Source: a virus
Lineage: Duplodnaviria; Caudoviricetes
IMG/VR virus record: IMGVR_UViG_3300049436_000151
Span: 1-48,106 of that record
Length of the DNA: 48,106 bases
Direction: 5' to 3' (one strand)
Part shown: positions 8,785-17,866 of the stretch, in pieces
Position numbering within the stretch: position 1 is the first letter of the stretch
Layout of the letters: each line of letters begins with the position of its first letter
Translations under genes and position numbers: made by a program
Notes under the pieces: generated by a model
What the model was told of the DNA's origin: nothing
What the model saw: the letters and a program-made list of their open reading frames with translations, nothing else
Databases searched by the model: none

Positions 8785-9530
8785 ACCAGATCGTCGCCTT
8801 CGATTTCGAGTCGCATGACGTGCGTGTCGTCCTCGGCCAGGACGGCGAGCCCATGTTCGTTGCCGCAGATCTGTTGTCCACACTGAACCTCGATCGCAAG
8901 GCACTGGAGCGTCTGGACGACGACGAAAAGGGGGTGAGTTCAATTCACACCCCTGGCGGGCAGCAGGAGATGACCGTGGTCAACGAGTCCGGTCTCTTCA
9001 ACCTAGTGCTCGGCAGCCGTAAACCCGAAGCCAAGCGCTTCAAGCGATGGGTAACCCACGAGGTACTACCCTCGATCCGCAAGACCGGTTCCTATGCGGT
9101 GCCCGGCTCCGTGGCTGCACTGCCGGCACCGACCCAGGATCGCGTCACCGCCATCCTGATGATCGGCGAGGCGGTGGCCAAGGTTCCCGGCGTCAAGCAG
9201 GGCATCGCCATGGCGGCAACGCTCACCTGCATCCAGGAGAACACAGGATTGTCGGTAGAGACGATGCGTCGGGCGCTGCCCGCCTGCAATGATCCTCTGG
9301 CAGCGGTGAACCCGACAAAGCTCGGTGAGCAAATCGGTCTGTCGGCCAGGGCGGTCAACCTCCGGCTGGCGGCTCTGGGATTCCAGAACCGCAACGACCG
9401 TGACGAGTGGGAACTGACCGATGCCGGCCAGGCATGGGGCGAAGCCTTGCCGTACTCCCGCAATGGGCACTCCGGCTACCAGATCCTCTGGCGGCCTGAA
9501 GTCGCCGATCTGCTCAAGGAGGTCGCGTGA
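8781..9530 (+). CDS. Bro-N domain antirepressor
   Basis: FDFESHDVRVV...EPMFVAAD, TPGGQQEMTVVNESGLF, SRKPEAKRFKRWVTHEVLPSIRKTGSY. Confidence 0.92.
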   Translation: MNQIVAFDFESHDVRVVLGQDGEPMFVAADLLSTLNLDRKALERLDDDEKGVSSIHTPGGQQEMTVVNESGLFNLVLGSRKPEAKRFKRWVTHEVLPSIRKTGSYAVPGSVAALPAPTQDRVTAILMIGEAVAKVPGVKQGIAMAATLTCIQENTGLSVETMRRALPACNDPLAAVNPTKLGEQIGLSARAVNLRLAALGFQNRNDRDEWELTDAGQAWGEALPYSRNGHSGYQILWRPEVADLLKEVA

Positions 9531-10333
9531 TGTCGCTGCCCATCATTTCAGCCGATGAACGGAAGCGCGAGCGGCACAGCGCCAAGGTGGCCCTGGTTGG
9601 TTTTCCTGGCGTCGGCAAGACCACCCAACTCAAAACGCTGCCGGCCGATTCCACACTATTCGTCGATCTCGAGGCTGGCGATCTCTCGGTGCGGGACTGG
9701 CCGGGTGACACCGTGCGGCCGCGCACTTGGCAAGAATTCCGCGATCTCGTGGTGTTCCTCGCCGGCCCGATGCCGACCGCCACCGCCGAACAGGCGTTCT
9801 CGCAGGCTCACTTCGAGCATGTCTGCACCCGGTATGGCGACCCGGCGCAGCTGGCCAAATACGACACCTACTTCGTCGACAGCCTGACCGTGCTCTCGCG
9901 CCTTTGCTTCGGCTGGTGCAAGACCCAGCCGCAGGCCTTCAGCGAGAAGAACGGCAAACCGGACAGTCGGGGCGCTTACGGCCTGCTGGGCCAGGAAATG
10001 ATCACGGCGCTCACACACATGCAGCACGTCCGGGACAAGCACGTCATCTACGTCGCCATCCTCGAGGAGAAGACCGATGACTTCAACCGGCGCTACTACC
10101 AGTTGCAGTTGGAGGGCAGCAAGACCGCGTTGGAATTGCCTGGCGTCCTCGATGAGGTTGTGACCCTGGCCATCCTCAAGGCCGACGACGGCACGACTTA
10201 CCGGGGTTTTGTCACCCGCGCCGACAACACCTTTGGCTATCCGAGCAAGGACCGCAGTGGCCGCCTCGACGCTATCGAGGAGCCGGATCTCGGCAAGCTC
10301 ATCCAGAAATGCCTCGGCACCCAGAGCAACTGA
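9527..10333 (+). CDS. AAA_24 / Sak4-like ATPase
   Basis: Walker A GFPGVGKT, LFVDLEAG, Walker B YFVDSLT, KDRSGRL...EPDL. Confidence 0.85.
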   Translation: MMSLPIISADERKRERHSAKVALVGFPGVGKTTQLKTLPADSTLFVDLEAGDLSVRDWPGDTVRPRTWQEFRDLVVFLAGPMPTATAEQAFSQAHFEHVCTRYGDPAQLAKYDTYFVDSLTVLSRLCFGWCKTQPQAFSEKNGKPDSRGAYGLLGQEMITALTHMQHVRDKHVIYVAILEEKTDDFNRRYYQLQLEGSKTALELPGVLDEVVTLAILKADDGTTYRGFVTRADNTFGYPSKDRSGRLDAIEEPDLGKLIQKCLGTQSN

Positions 10334-10379
10334 GGCCGCAGGCCAATCCATCGCATTGACCCAATTCAAGGAGAAACAC

Positions 10380-11000
10380 ATGAACCAGAACACATGGCAG
10401 GACTTCAACGATGCAGAACAGCAACAGGGCTTCGATCTCATCCCCAAGGGCGCGCTCGTCAAGGTGCGCATGACGATCAAGCCGGGCGGCCACGACGATC
10501 CTGCCCAGGGTTGGACCGGGGGCTATGCCACCGAAAGCTTCGACACCGGCAGCGTCTACCTCGCCTGCGAGTTCGTCGTGCTGGAAGGCCCGTTTGCCAA
10601 ACGCAAGATGTGGTCGAACATCGGCCTGCAATCCCGGAAAGGGCCAGCCTGGGGTCAGATGGGCCGCAGCATGATTCGCGGCATCCTCAATTCCGCTCGC
10701 AATGTCTCGCCTCAGGACAACTCACCCCAGGCCGCAGCCGCCCGGCGCATCAACGGTTTCGCCGACCTGGATGGCATCGAGTTTCTGGCCCGCGTGGATG
10801 TCGAAAAGGACGCCAAGGGCGAGAACCGCAACGTGGTCAAGCTGGCCGTCGAACCCGATCACAAGGACTACGCGGCGCTGATGGGCATGGCACCCAAGGT
10901 GCCGAGTGGTGGCAGTTCCGCTGCGCCTGCGCAGGCGACCCCGTCCCATGCCGCTCCACAGCGTCCGGCTGCCACTGGCAAACCCGCTTGGGCTCAGTAG
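10380..11000 (+). CDS. DUF669-like ssDNA-binding protein
   Basis: DFNDAE..FDLIPKG N-terminus, Ala/Pro-rich tail ending PAWAQ; AAGGAG SD; follows the Sak4-like ATPase. Confidence 0.7.
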   Translation: MNQNTWQDFNDAEQQQGFDLIPKGALVKVRMTIKPGGHDDPAQGWTGGYATESFDTGSVYLACEFVVLEGPFAKRKMWSNIGLQSRKGPAWGQMGRSMIRGILNSARNVSPQDNSPQAAAARRINGFADLDGIEFLARVDVEKDAKGENRNVVKLAVEPDHKDYAALMGMAPKVPSGGSSAAPAQATPSHAAPQRPAATGKPAWAQ

Positions 11001-11010
11001 GAGCGTGGGC

Positions 11011-11223
11011 ATGAACGGAAATCGTTGTGGCAATTGCCACCATCTGGATCCAACAAGTGCCAGCGACATTGGCGGCTTGCGTATCGCTCGCTGCCGCCAT
11101 CCGAAAGGTGTACGCATCGGCACGACTGCCATTCGGAACGACTATGTCGAGTTGGATGCCTTCTGCGCTGAGCACGTCGTCCGTGCCCGGCGTGGAGTGC
11201 AGCCGGGAGGTGGTCATGTATGA
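11011..11223 (+). CDS. Small Cys-rich hypothetical protein
   Basis: ATG 11011 after AGGAG; CGNCHH...C...C; overlaps the next start. Confidence 0.5.
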   Translation: MNGNRCGNCHHLDPTSASDIGGLRIARCRHPKGVRIGTTAIRNDYVELDAFCAEHVVRARRGVQPGGGHV

Positions 11224-11714
11224 GCGGAAAGTGTTGGGTCTGCAAACGACAGGCCAGGGGCTTCGGCTATTCCGACAACCAGCATCGCATCGGCAACCCT
11301 CGTCGCTACCCCGTCGACTGGGTGTTCTGCTCCCGGCGCTGCCAGGACGCGTTTCACGCACTGTATGGCAACTGGCTGCGCGTCAAGGATGGCGGCAAGG
11401 ACATCAGGGAGGTCGTCATGATCGATCCGTCTGATGTCGAGTTGGCTGCCATGCGCAGTTGTCTCAAAGCGTTCGGCGAGGCAGCAGGCGCGATCGGATT
11501 CACCAAGCCGCTCGGCGACTACTCTGAAGCCGAGGCGCTGCGCGTGATCGATGCCATTGTGACCAGCTACACCGATGCGATGGTCGTGCACCACGAGGCG
11601 ACCAAATTCCCACCAGTGCGGGGCTTGGCGCCTACACCCGATCCGTTGGCGAGTCCGTTCGCCGATCTGGAGGATGACCTGCCCTGGGAAGACGGGAAGG
11701 GAGGTAAGTCATGA
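11220..11714 (+). CDS. DUF6511-like Zn-finger protein
   Basis: CWVC...FCSRRCQ, then MIDPSDVE helical region and C-terminal DDLPW. Confidence 0.7.
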   Translation: MSGKCWVCKRQARGFGYSDNQHRIGNPRRYPVDWVFCSRRCQDAFHALYGNWLRVKDGGKDIREVVMIDPSDVELAAMRSCLKAFGEAAGAIGFTKPLGDYSEAEALRVIDAIVTSYTDAMVVHHEATKFPPVRGLAPTPDPLASPFADLEDDLPWEDGKGGKS

Positions 11715-12448
11715 TGGACTTCAACTCCTCTTCCAGCATTTCTGGACAGATCGCCACATTGGTCGATGCCGGAATGCAGCGCGTGCGTTCCACTGAGGTG
11801 CAGCGTGAGTACCTGGGTGCTTCGCGCCTCGGGGCGTCATGCGAACGTGCCTTGCAGTACGAGTTTGCCAAGGCGCCGGTCGATCATGGCCGTGACCATG
11901 ATGGCCGCTTGTTACGCATCTTCGAGCGCGGCCACGTCATGGAGGACTGCATGGTCGAGTGGTTGCGGGCAGCCGGGTTCGATCTGCGCACCCGAAAACC
12001 CAGTGGCGATCAGTTCGGTTTCTCGGCGGTCGGCGGACGCCTGCAAGGGCACATCGATGGCGTCATCGTTGATGGCCCCGAGGGCTTTGCTTACCCAGCT
12101 CTCTGGGAGTGCAAGTGCCTCGGCTCGAAGTCCTGGCGTGACCTCGAGAAAAACCGGCTGGCCGTGGCCAAGCCGATCTACGCCGCGCAGGTAGCGATCT
12201 ACCAGGCCTATCTAGAGTTGCATGAACAGCCGGCAATCTTCACGGCGATCAATGCCGACACCATGGAGATCTACACCGAACTGGTGCCGTTTGATGCGGC
12301 ACTGGCACAGCGCATGTCCGACCGCGCGCTGAAGGTGATCTTGGCCACGGATGCCGGAGAGTTGCTGTCACGTGGCTTTCTCGACCCCGCCCACTTTGAG
12401 TGCCGGATGTGCGCATGGCAGGACCGGTGCTGGAGTAATACACCATGA
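11711..12448 (+). CDS. PD-(D/E)XK Cas4-like exonuclease
   Basis: YLGASRLG..CER, GHIDG, WECK, QVAIYQ, C-terminal CRMC...C. Confidence 0.85.
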   Translation: MMDFNSSSSISGQIATLVDAGMQRVRSTEVQREYLGASRLGASCERALQYEFAKAPVDHGRDHDGRLLRIFERGHVMEDCMVEWLRAAGFDLRTRKPSGDQFGFSAVGGRLQGHIDGVIVDGPEGFAYPALWECKCLGSKSWRDLEKNRLAVAKPIYAAQVAIYQAYLELHEQPAIFTAINADTMEIYTELVPFDAALAQRMSDRALKVILATDAGELLSRGFLDPAHFECRMCAWQDRCWSNTP

Positions 12449-12660
12449 ACCCTTCATCCATCAACGATGTACTCGGCGAGCGCTTGGTTGATGCAAGCGA
12501 GGCTGCCCATTGCCTGAATCTACCGAGGTACTTGCTCACTCATCCCAAGGAGCGTCAGCGGCTTGGCATACCGCATTACCGGGTCGGCAAGCTCGTGCGC
12601 TTCAAATTGCAGGAGCTGGAAGCTTGGATGCTGGCACAGGGGGGAGCGTCGAATGCTTGA
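12445..12660 (+). CDS. Small excisionase-like HTH protein
   Basis: LVDASEAAHCL...IPHYRVGKLVRF...ELEAW. Confidence 0.7.
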   Translation: MNPSSINDVLGERLVDASEAAHCLNLPRYLLTHPKERQRLGIPHYRVGKLVRFKLQELEAWMLAQGGASNA

Positions 12661-14935
12661 TTTCAACGATGCCCCTGCTGAGTTGCCACAGGACAGTGGG
12701 GTGGCCCGTGAGTCGTTGCGAGCCGATCTCGTCGCTCGACTGGAATCGGTCCTGGCCACACTGTTCCCTGCGGGCAAGAAGCGCAAAGGGAAATTCCTCG
12801 TCGGCGATGTGCTTGGCAGCCCAGGCGATAGCCTCGAGGTCGTTCTCGATGGTGAGAAAACCGGGCTGTGGACCGATCGTGCAACCGGTGATGGCGGTGA
12901 CATCTTCGATCTCATCGCGGCCCACTTGGATGCCAATGTGCAGACCGATTTTCCGCGTGTGCTTCAGCACGCGGCAGATCTGCTTGGGCAAGCACCGTCG
13001 ACGCCATCCCGCAAGGCCAAGAAGGAGCCACCCGTCGATGAACTCGGTCCAGCTACGGCGAAATGGGACTACTTCGACGCGGCCGGCAATCTGATCGCGG
13101 TGGTCTACCGCTACGACCCGCCCGGTCGCAAGAAGGAATTCCGGCCGTGGGACGCCAAACGCCGAAAGATGGCTCCGCCCGAGCCTCGTCCCATCTACAA
13201 CCAGCCGGGGATGAAGGATGCCGCGCAGGTCGTGCTGGTCGAGGGCGAGAAATGCGCCCAAGCGCTCATCGATGCAGGTATCACTGCCACGACGGCGATG
13301 CACGGTGCGAATGCCCCGGTGGAGAAAACCGACTGGTCGCCCTTGGCCGGCAAGTCCGTGCTGATCTGGCCTGACCGCGACAAGCCGGGCTGGGACTATG
13401 CGACGCAGGCAGCGCAGGCCATCCTGTCGGCGGGCGCGAAAACCTGCCACATCCTATATCCGCCAGAGGAGGCAGCCGAGGGGTGGGATGCGGCCGACGC
13501 CATCGCCGAGGGCTTTGACGTTGCGGCATTTCTTGCTCATGGCCCGCGCCTGCAGATGCACGACATCACCGTTGATGCCGATCCTGTGGCCAGCAGCGAC
13601 GAGTCGGTCTGGGGCACGGAGGATGCGCTGGCGCTGGCCTTCACCCGACGCTACCACCGCGACTGGCGCTACGTGGCGACCTGGGGCCGTTGGCTGGTGT
13701 GGGACGGTAACCGCTGGCGCACCGAGGACACACTGGCCGCCACCGATCTGATCCGCAGCGTTTGCCGGCATGCCGCCGTGCGTGCCGAGAATCCCAAAGT
13801 CGCGGCGAAGCTCGCCAGCGCGAGTACGGTCGGTGGCGTGGAGCGGCTGTCACGCGCAGACCGCAGGCATGCGGCCACCACTGAGGAATGGGATGCCGAC
13901 CCGTGGTTACTCAACACCCCGGGCGGCGTGGTCGATCTCAAGTCCGGCAGACAGCGTCCACACGACCGTGCTGACCGGATGACGAAAATCACCACGGCCA
14001 CGCCCGGGGGTGACTGCCCGATCTGGCGTCAATTCCTTGACGAGGTCACGGGTGGTGACAAAGAGTTGCAGAGCTACTTGCAACGAATGGTCGGTTACGC
14101 CCTCACCGGCTCGACGCGAGAGCACGCGCTGTTTTTTCTGTACGGCACAGGCGCGAACGGCAAGTCGGTGTTCGTGAACACGTTGGCCACCATCCTCGGC
14201 GACTACGCCACCAATGCGCCGATGGATACCTTCATGGAGACGCGCACCGACCGGCATCCAACCGATATGGCTGGCCTGCGCGGCGCACGCTTCGTGGCAG
14301 CCATCGAAACCGAGCAGGGGCGACGCTGGGCCGAATCGAAGGTCAAGAACCTGACCGGGGGCGACAAGATCTCTGCGCGTTTTATGCGCCAGGACTTCTT
14401 CGAGTTCTTCCCGCAGTTCAAGTTGTTCGTGGCGGGCAACCACAAGCCGGCCATTCGCAACATTGACGAGGCGATGAAGCGGCGCCTGCATCTGATCCCG
14501 TTCACGATCACCGTGCCGCCCGATCGCCGCGACAAACATCTCCAGCAGAAATTGCTGGCCGAGCGTGACGGCATCCTGGCTTGGGCGGTGCAGGGCTGTC
14601 TCGACTGGCAACGTCTGGGACGGCTCGATCCTCCCCAGCGGGTCGTGGAGGCGACCGAGGAGTACTTCGAAGCCGAGGATGCACTGGGCCGCTGGCTGGA
14701 GGAATGTTGCGTGCGCGAGCCCAACGCCAAGTCGCTGACTGCCGAACTGTTCACCGACTGGAAGCAATGGTCGGAAGCAGCGGGCGAATTCAGCGGGTCG
14801 CAGCGGCGCTTTTCCGATTTGCTCATCACACGCGGCATTGAGAAATGGCGCAACAGCGTGGGGGTGCGTGGATTTCAGGGGATCGGTCTCAAGAACCCGC
14901 CCGCACCCGCTTACACCCCTTACGCGGACAACTGA
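12653..14935 (+). CDS. P4/D5-family primase-helicase (TOPRIM + SF3 ATPase)
   Basis: TOPRIM VEGEKCA, WPDRD, WDAAD; Walker A YGTGANGKS; LTGGD..SARFM; GNHKP; RRLHLIPF. Confidence 0.93.
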   Translation: MLDFNDAPAELPQDSGVARESLRADLVARLESVLATLFPAGKKRKGKFLVGDVLGSPGDSLEVVLDGEKTGLWTDRATGDGGDIFDLIAAHLDANVQTDFPRVLQHAADLLGQAPSTPSRKAKKEPPVDELGPATAKWDYFDAAGNLIAVVYRYDPPGRKKEFRPWDAKRRKMAPPEPRPIYNQPGMKDAAQVVLVEGEKCAQALIDAGITATTAMHGANAPVEKTDWSPLAGKSVLIWPDRDKPGWDYATQAAQAILSAGAKTCHILYPPEEAAEGWDAADAIAEGFDVAAFLAHGPRLQMHDITVDADPVASSDESVWGTEDALALAFTRRYHRDWRYVATWGRWLVWDGNRWRTEDTLAATDLIRSVCRHAAVRAENPKVAAKLASASTVGGVERLSRADRRHAATTEEWDADPWLLNTPGGVVDLKSGRQRPHDRADRMTKITTATPGGDCPIWRQFLDEVTGGDKELQSYLQRMVGYALTGSTREHALFFLYGTGANGKSVFVNTLATILGDYATNAPMDTFMETRTDRHPTDMAGLRGARFVAAIETEQGRRWAESKVKNLTGGDKISARFMRQDFFEFFPQFKLFVAGNHKPAIRNIDEAMKRRLHLIPFTITVPPDRRDKHLQQKLLAERDGILAWAVQGCLDWQRLGRLDPPQRVVEATEEYFEAEDALGRWLEECCVREPNAKSLTAELFTDWKQWSEAAGEFSGSQRRFSDLLITRGIEKWRNSVGVRGFQGIGLKNPPAPAYTPYADN

Positions 14936-14954
14936 CGCTCATGAAAAACCATCC

Positions 14955-15051
14955 GTCTGACGCAGCCGACGCTCTTTCACGTAACTCTCCACACGTGTGC
15001 GCGTGCGCGCCTCATGGAATGTTTCGACAAACCGTGTCGGCTGCGTCAGAC
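14955..15051. repeat. Perfect 16-bp inverted repeat flanking a palindromic, alternating purine-pyrimidine core; candidate replication origin
   Basis: GTCTGACGCAGCCGAC (14955-14970) / GTCGGCTGCGTCAGAC (15036-15051); CACACGTGTG palindrome at 14990-14999. Confidence 0.7.
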
Positions 15052-15075
15052 CGAGAACAAGAAAGGACTGAACAC

Positions 15076-15540
15076 ATGAACACGACGATCCTGGCCCTTG
15101 ATCTGGGCACGAATACGGGGTGGGCGCTGCACCAACTGGATGGCAGCATCATTAGCGGCACGCAATGCTTCAAGCCGCAGCGGTTCGAGGGTGGCGGGAT
15201 GCGCTTCCTGCGCTTCAAACGCTGGCTCAACGAACTGCTGTCGGCAAGCCACTCCATCAATGCGGTGTACTTCGAAGAGGTACGGCGTCACGCGGGCGTG
15301 GATGCCGCACATGCCTACGGTGGTTTCATGGGCCACCTCACCGCCTGGTGCGAGCACCAGAACATTCCGTACCAGGGTGTGCCAGTCGGCACGATCAAGA
15401 AGCACGCGACCGGCAAAGGCAATGCCGGCAAGGACGAGATGATCATTGCCGCCAAGTCACGTGGTCACGATCCCATGGACGACAACGAAGCCGATGCCCT
15501 GGCATTGTTGCACTGGGCCATCGAGACGCAGGAGGTGTGA
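15076..15540 (+). CDS. RuvC-like Holliday junction resolvase
   Basis: ILALDLGTNTGWA, VYFEEV, KKHATGKGNAGK, DDNEADALA; GAAAGGA SD. Confidence 0.85.
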   Translation: MNTTILALDLGTNTGWALHQLDGSIISGTQCFKPQRFEGGGMRFLRFKRWLNELLSASHSINAVYFEEVRRHAGVDAAHAYGGFMGHLTAWCEHQNIPYQGVPVGTIKKHATGKGNAGKDEMIIAAKSRGHDPMDDNEADALALLHWAIETQEV

Positions 15541-15541
15541 C

Positions 15542-15745
15542 GTGAAGATTCCAGCACAGCAATACCGATGCCCTCTCGGTCGTCTGCAACCGCAGACCTC
15601 CGACCTGGAAGCTATCAAGCAAACCGGCTGGCGTGACCAGAACATCCTCGTGGTGTCCGAGCAGGACGACCGTCTGGACTTCGTCGAGCGGGAGTTCGTG
15701 CGACGGATCGGCGAGCGCCTCTACGGAGGGAAACGTCATGGCTGA
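15542..15745 (+). CDS. Small phage hypothetical protein
   Basis: GTG 15542 after GGAGG; fills the gap between the resolvase and DUF6362 genes. Confidence 0.6.
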   Translation: MKIPAQQYRCPLGRLQPQTSDLEAIKQTGWRDQNILVVSEQDDRLDFVEREFVRRIGERLYGGKRHG

Positions 15746-16136
15746 ATGGACGATGGAGGATGTGGCAGCACGATTTTCTGATGCGGCAGAGACCGGGCGG
15801 CGACTGCCTCGAGTCAGGGTGCAGGGCTACTTCAATGTCTGGCCTGCCTTCGCTCGGGAGGTATGGGAGTCCTGCCCCGATGACGAGCACGTCTACCGCC
15901 CCTTGCCGCCGACCCCGCAGGCCATCGATCGAATGATGGAAACGATGCGATGGGTGCAATGGCTCGAGGTGGAGCAGCGACACCTTGTCTGGATGCGGGC
16001 CAAGCAATACGAGTGGAAAGTCATCTGTCGTCGCTTCGGCTGCGAGCGAACAACGGCGTGGAGACGGTGGCAACGGGCCTTGCAGATCGTTGCCGAACGC
16101 CTCAACGAGCAGGCTCATCGCGCGGTAGTGTTTTGA
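15738..16136 (+). CDS. DUF6362-like HTH, probable late-gene regulator (Q / sigma-region-4-like position)
   Basis: Last early gene; C-terminal WKVICRRFGCERTTAWRRWQRAL HTH; GGAGG SD. Confidence 0.7.
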   Translation: MAEWTMEDVAARFSDAAETGRRLPRVRVQGYFNVWPAFAREVWESCPDDEHVYRPLPPTPQAIDRMMETMRWVQWLEVEQRHLVWMRAKQYEWKVICRRFGCERTTAWRRWQRALQIVAERLNEQAHRAVVF

Positions 16137-16295
16137 CGTGAATTGGCGGGAATGAGTGTGCAAGAGCTGCAATCAACGGCAATCAGCGGTTTTTGACCAT
16201 GCAACATCTACCCCGTATTTTCGGTAGCATGACAGCTATGATCTGGCGAGCAGTGTGGGTGTGAAACCACATCGCTCTCAGTCAGAAAATTCGAC

Positions 16296-16417
16296 GGGTC
16301 CTTCCTGGTCAAAAACCCATGCGGGGGGCGACAGCCCGGCCTTTCGATAGCGTCAGGCCGTGCAACGGGGTTACCAGTTACCACCCCCGGTTACCACCCG
16401 AAACCAGTTACCACCCC
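16296..16417 (+). other. Lambda-like cos region (cosQ-, cosN- and cosB-like elements)
   Basis: GGGTCCT at 16296-16302 (lambda cosQ sequence); GGGGGGCGACAG at 16323-16334 (9/12 match to lambda GGGCGGCGACCT); GTTACCACCC x3; GpA-type terminase present. Confidence 0.6.
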
Positions 16418-16425
16418 ATTGATGA

Positions 16426-16448
16426 CCCGCCCACTGTGGCGGGCTTTT
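16426..16448 (+). terminator. Terminator-like hairpin before the first late gene
   Basis: CCCGCC-CACTGT-GGCGGG followed by CTTTT. Confidence 0.5.
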
Positions 16449-16456
16449 GCATTCCT

Positions 16457-17866
16457 ATGACCGAAACACTGCGCGTCGAGTACCGGAAGGTCGAGACGCT
16501 GATCCCCTTCGCGCGTAATCCCCGCACGCATTCGGATGCGCAGGTGGCGAAGCTCGCGGCCAGCATTGTCGAATTCGGCTGGACCAATCCCGTCCTGGTG
16601 GATGGGAGCCAGGGAATCATTGCCGGCCACGGTCGTCTGGCCGCCGCACGCAAGTTGGGGCTGGCCGAAGTGCCGGTCATCGAACTCGGCCACCTCACGC
16701 TGGCGCAAAAGCGCGCCTACGTGATCGCCGATAACCGCCTGGCGCTCGACGCCGGGTGGGATGAGGAAATGCTGGCGATTGAACTGGCTGAGTTATCCGA
16801 GTCGGGTTACGACCTGACGCTCACCGGATTCACCAACGACGAGATCGAGGAACTACTGGTCGATGCCGAGGGCGGTGCGGGCACCGATGACTCGAACGAC
16901 ACCAGCGAGGATGCGGCTGACGATGTACCTGATGCACCGGTCAATCCAGTCTCGCGTTCCGGCGACGTCTGGCAACTGGGTGCACACCGGTTAATTTGCG
17001 GTGATGCCGCCGACGCCACTGTGGTCACCGCGCTGATGGCCGGCGACACGGCAGTTCTTTGCTTCACGTCGCCGCCATATGGCAATCAGCGGGACTACAC
17101 GAACACCATCATTGATTGGGACGCCCTGATGCGTGGCGTATTCAATCAATTGCCGATGACTGCCAATGGCCAGGTACTGGTCAATCTCGGATTGATTCAC
17201 CGCGAGCAGGAAGTCATCCCGTACTGGGATGGCTGGCTCGACTGGATGCGTACCCAAGGCTGGCGGCGCTTTGCGTGGTACGTATGGGACCAGGGGCCAG
17301 GACTGCCCGGCGACTGGAACGGACGGCTTGCGCCAGCCTTCGAATTCGTCTTCCACTTCAACCGGAAGGGTTCGGAGCCGCGCCGGCCCAACAAGATCGT
17401 GCCCTGCATCTACGCAGGCCGCGACACGCATCTGCGCGGTGACGGCACCAGCGCCGGCGGCATGCGCAACAAAGATGGCAGCAAGACCGCCTGGAACCAT
17501 GTGGGCCAGGTTACGCAGGAGACCAAGATTCCCGATGCCGTGATTCGTCTCATGCGGCACAAGGGCAAGATCGGACAGGACATCGATCACCCGGCCGTGT
17601 TCCCGGTGGCGTTGCCACAGCATGTGTTGGAAACCTACACCGATGCTGGCGATATCGTATTCGAACCGTTCTGCGGTTCTGGCACCACGCTACTCGCGGC
17701 TCAACGAATTGGCCGCGCAGTTCGAGCCACCGAAATTGCGCCCGAGTATGTCGATGTGACGGTCAAACGCTTCCAGCAGAATTTCCCTGAGGTGCCAGTT
17801 ACGCTCGTGGCCACCGGCCAGACCTTTGATGTGGTCGCCACTGAACGATTGGGAGCACCGGCATGA
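16457..17866 (+). CDS. ParB-like domain + beta-class DNA methyltransferase (SPPY)
   Basis: RNPRTHS, IIAGHGRL, ADNRLA; FTSPPY; HPAVFP; FEPFCGSGTT. Confidence 0.9.
   Translation: MTETLRVEYRKVETLIPFARNPRTHSDAQVAKLAASIVEFGWTNPVLVDGSQGIIAGHGRLAAARKLGLAEVPVIELGHLTLAQKRAYVIADNRLALDAGWDEEMLAIELAELSESGYDLTLTGFTNDEIEELLVDAEGGAGTDDSNDTSEDAADDVPDAPVNPVSRSGDVWQLGAHRLICGDAADATVVTALMAGDTAVLCFTSPPYGNQRDYTNTIIDWDALMRGVFNQLPMTANGQVLVNLGLIHREQEVIPYWDGWLDWMRTQGWRRFAWYVWDQGPGLPGDWNGRLAPAFEFVFHFNRKGSEPRRPNKIVPCIYAGRDTHLRGDGTSAGGMRNKDGSKTAWNHVGQVTQETKIPDAVIRLMRHKGKIGQDIDHPAVFPVALPQHVLETYTDAGDIVFEPFCGSGTTLLAAQRIGRAVRATEIAPEYVDVTVKRFQQNFPEVPVTLVATGQTFDVVATERLGAPA

Noticed and set aside
11711-12448. Cas4 as evidence of CRISPR-Cas
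   Set aside because: It lies in a phage recombination/replication operon with no cas1/cas2 or array
16319-16456. N-terminal extension of MTase 1 from ATG 16319 as in the ORF track
   Set aside because: It runs through the cos-like repeats and a hairpin; ParB homology starts at ATG 16457
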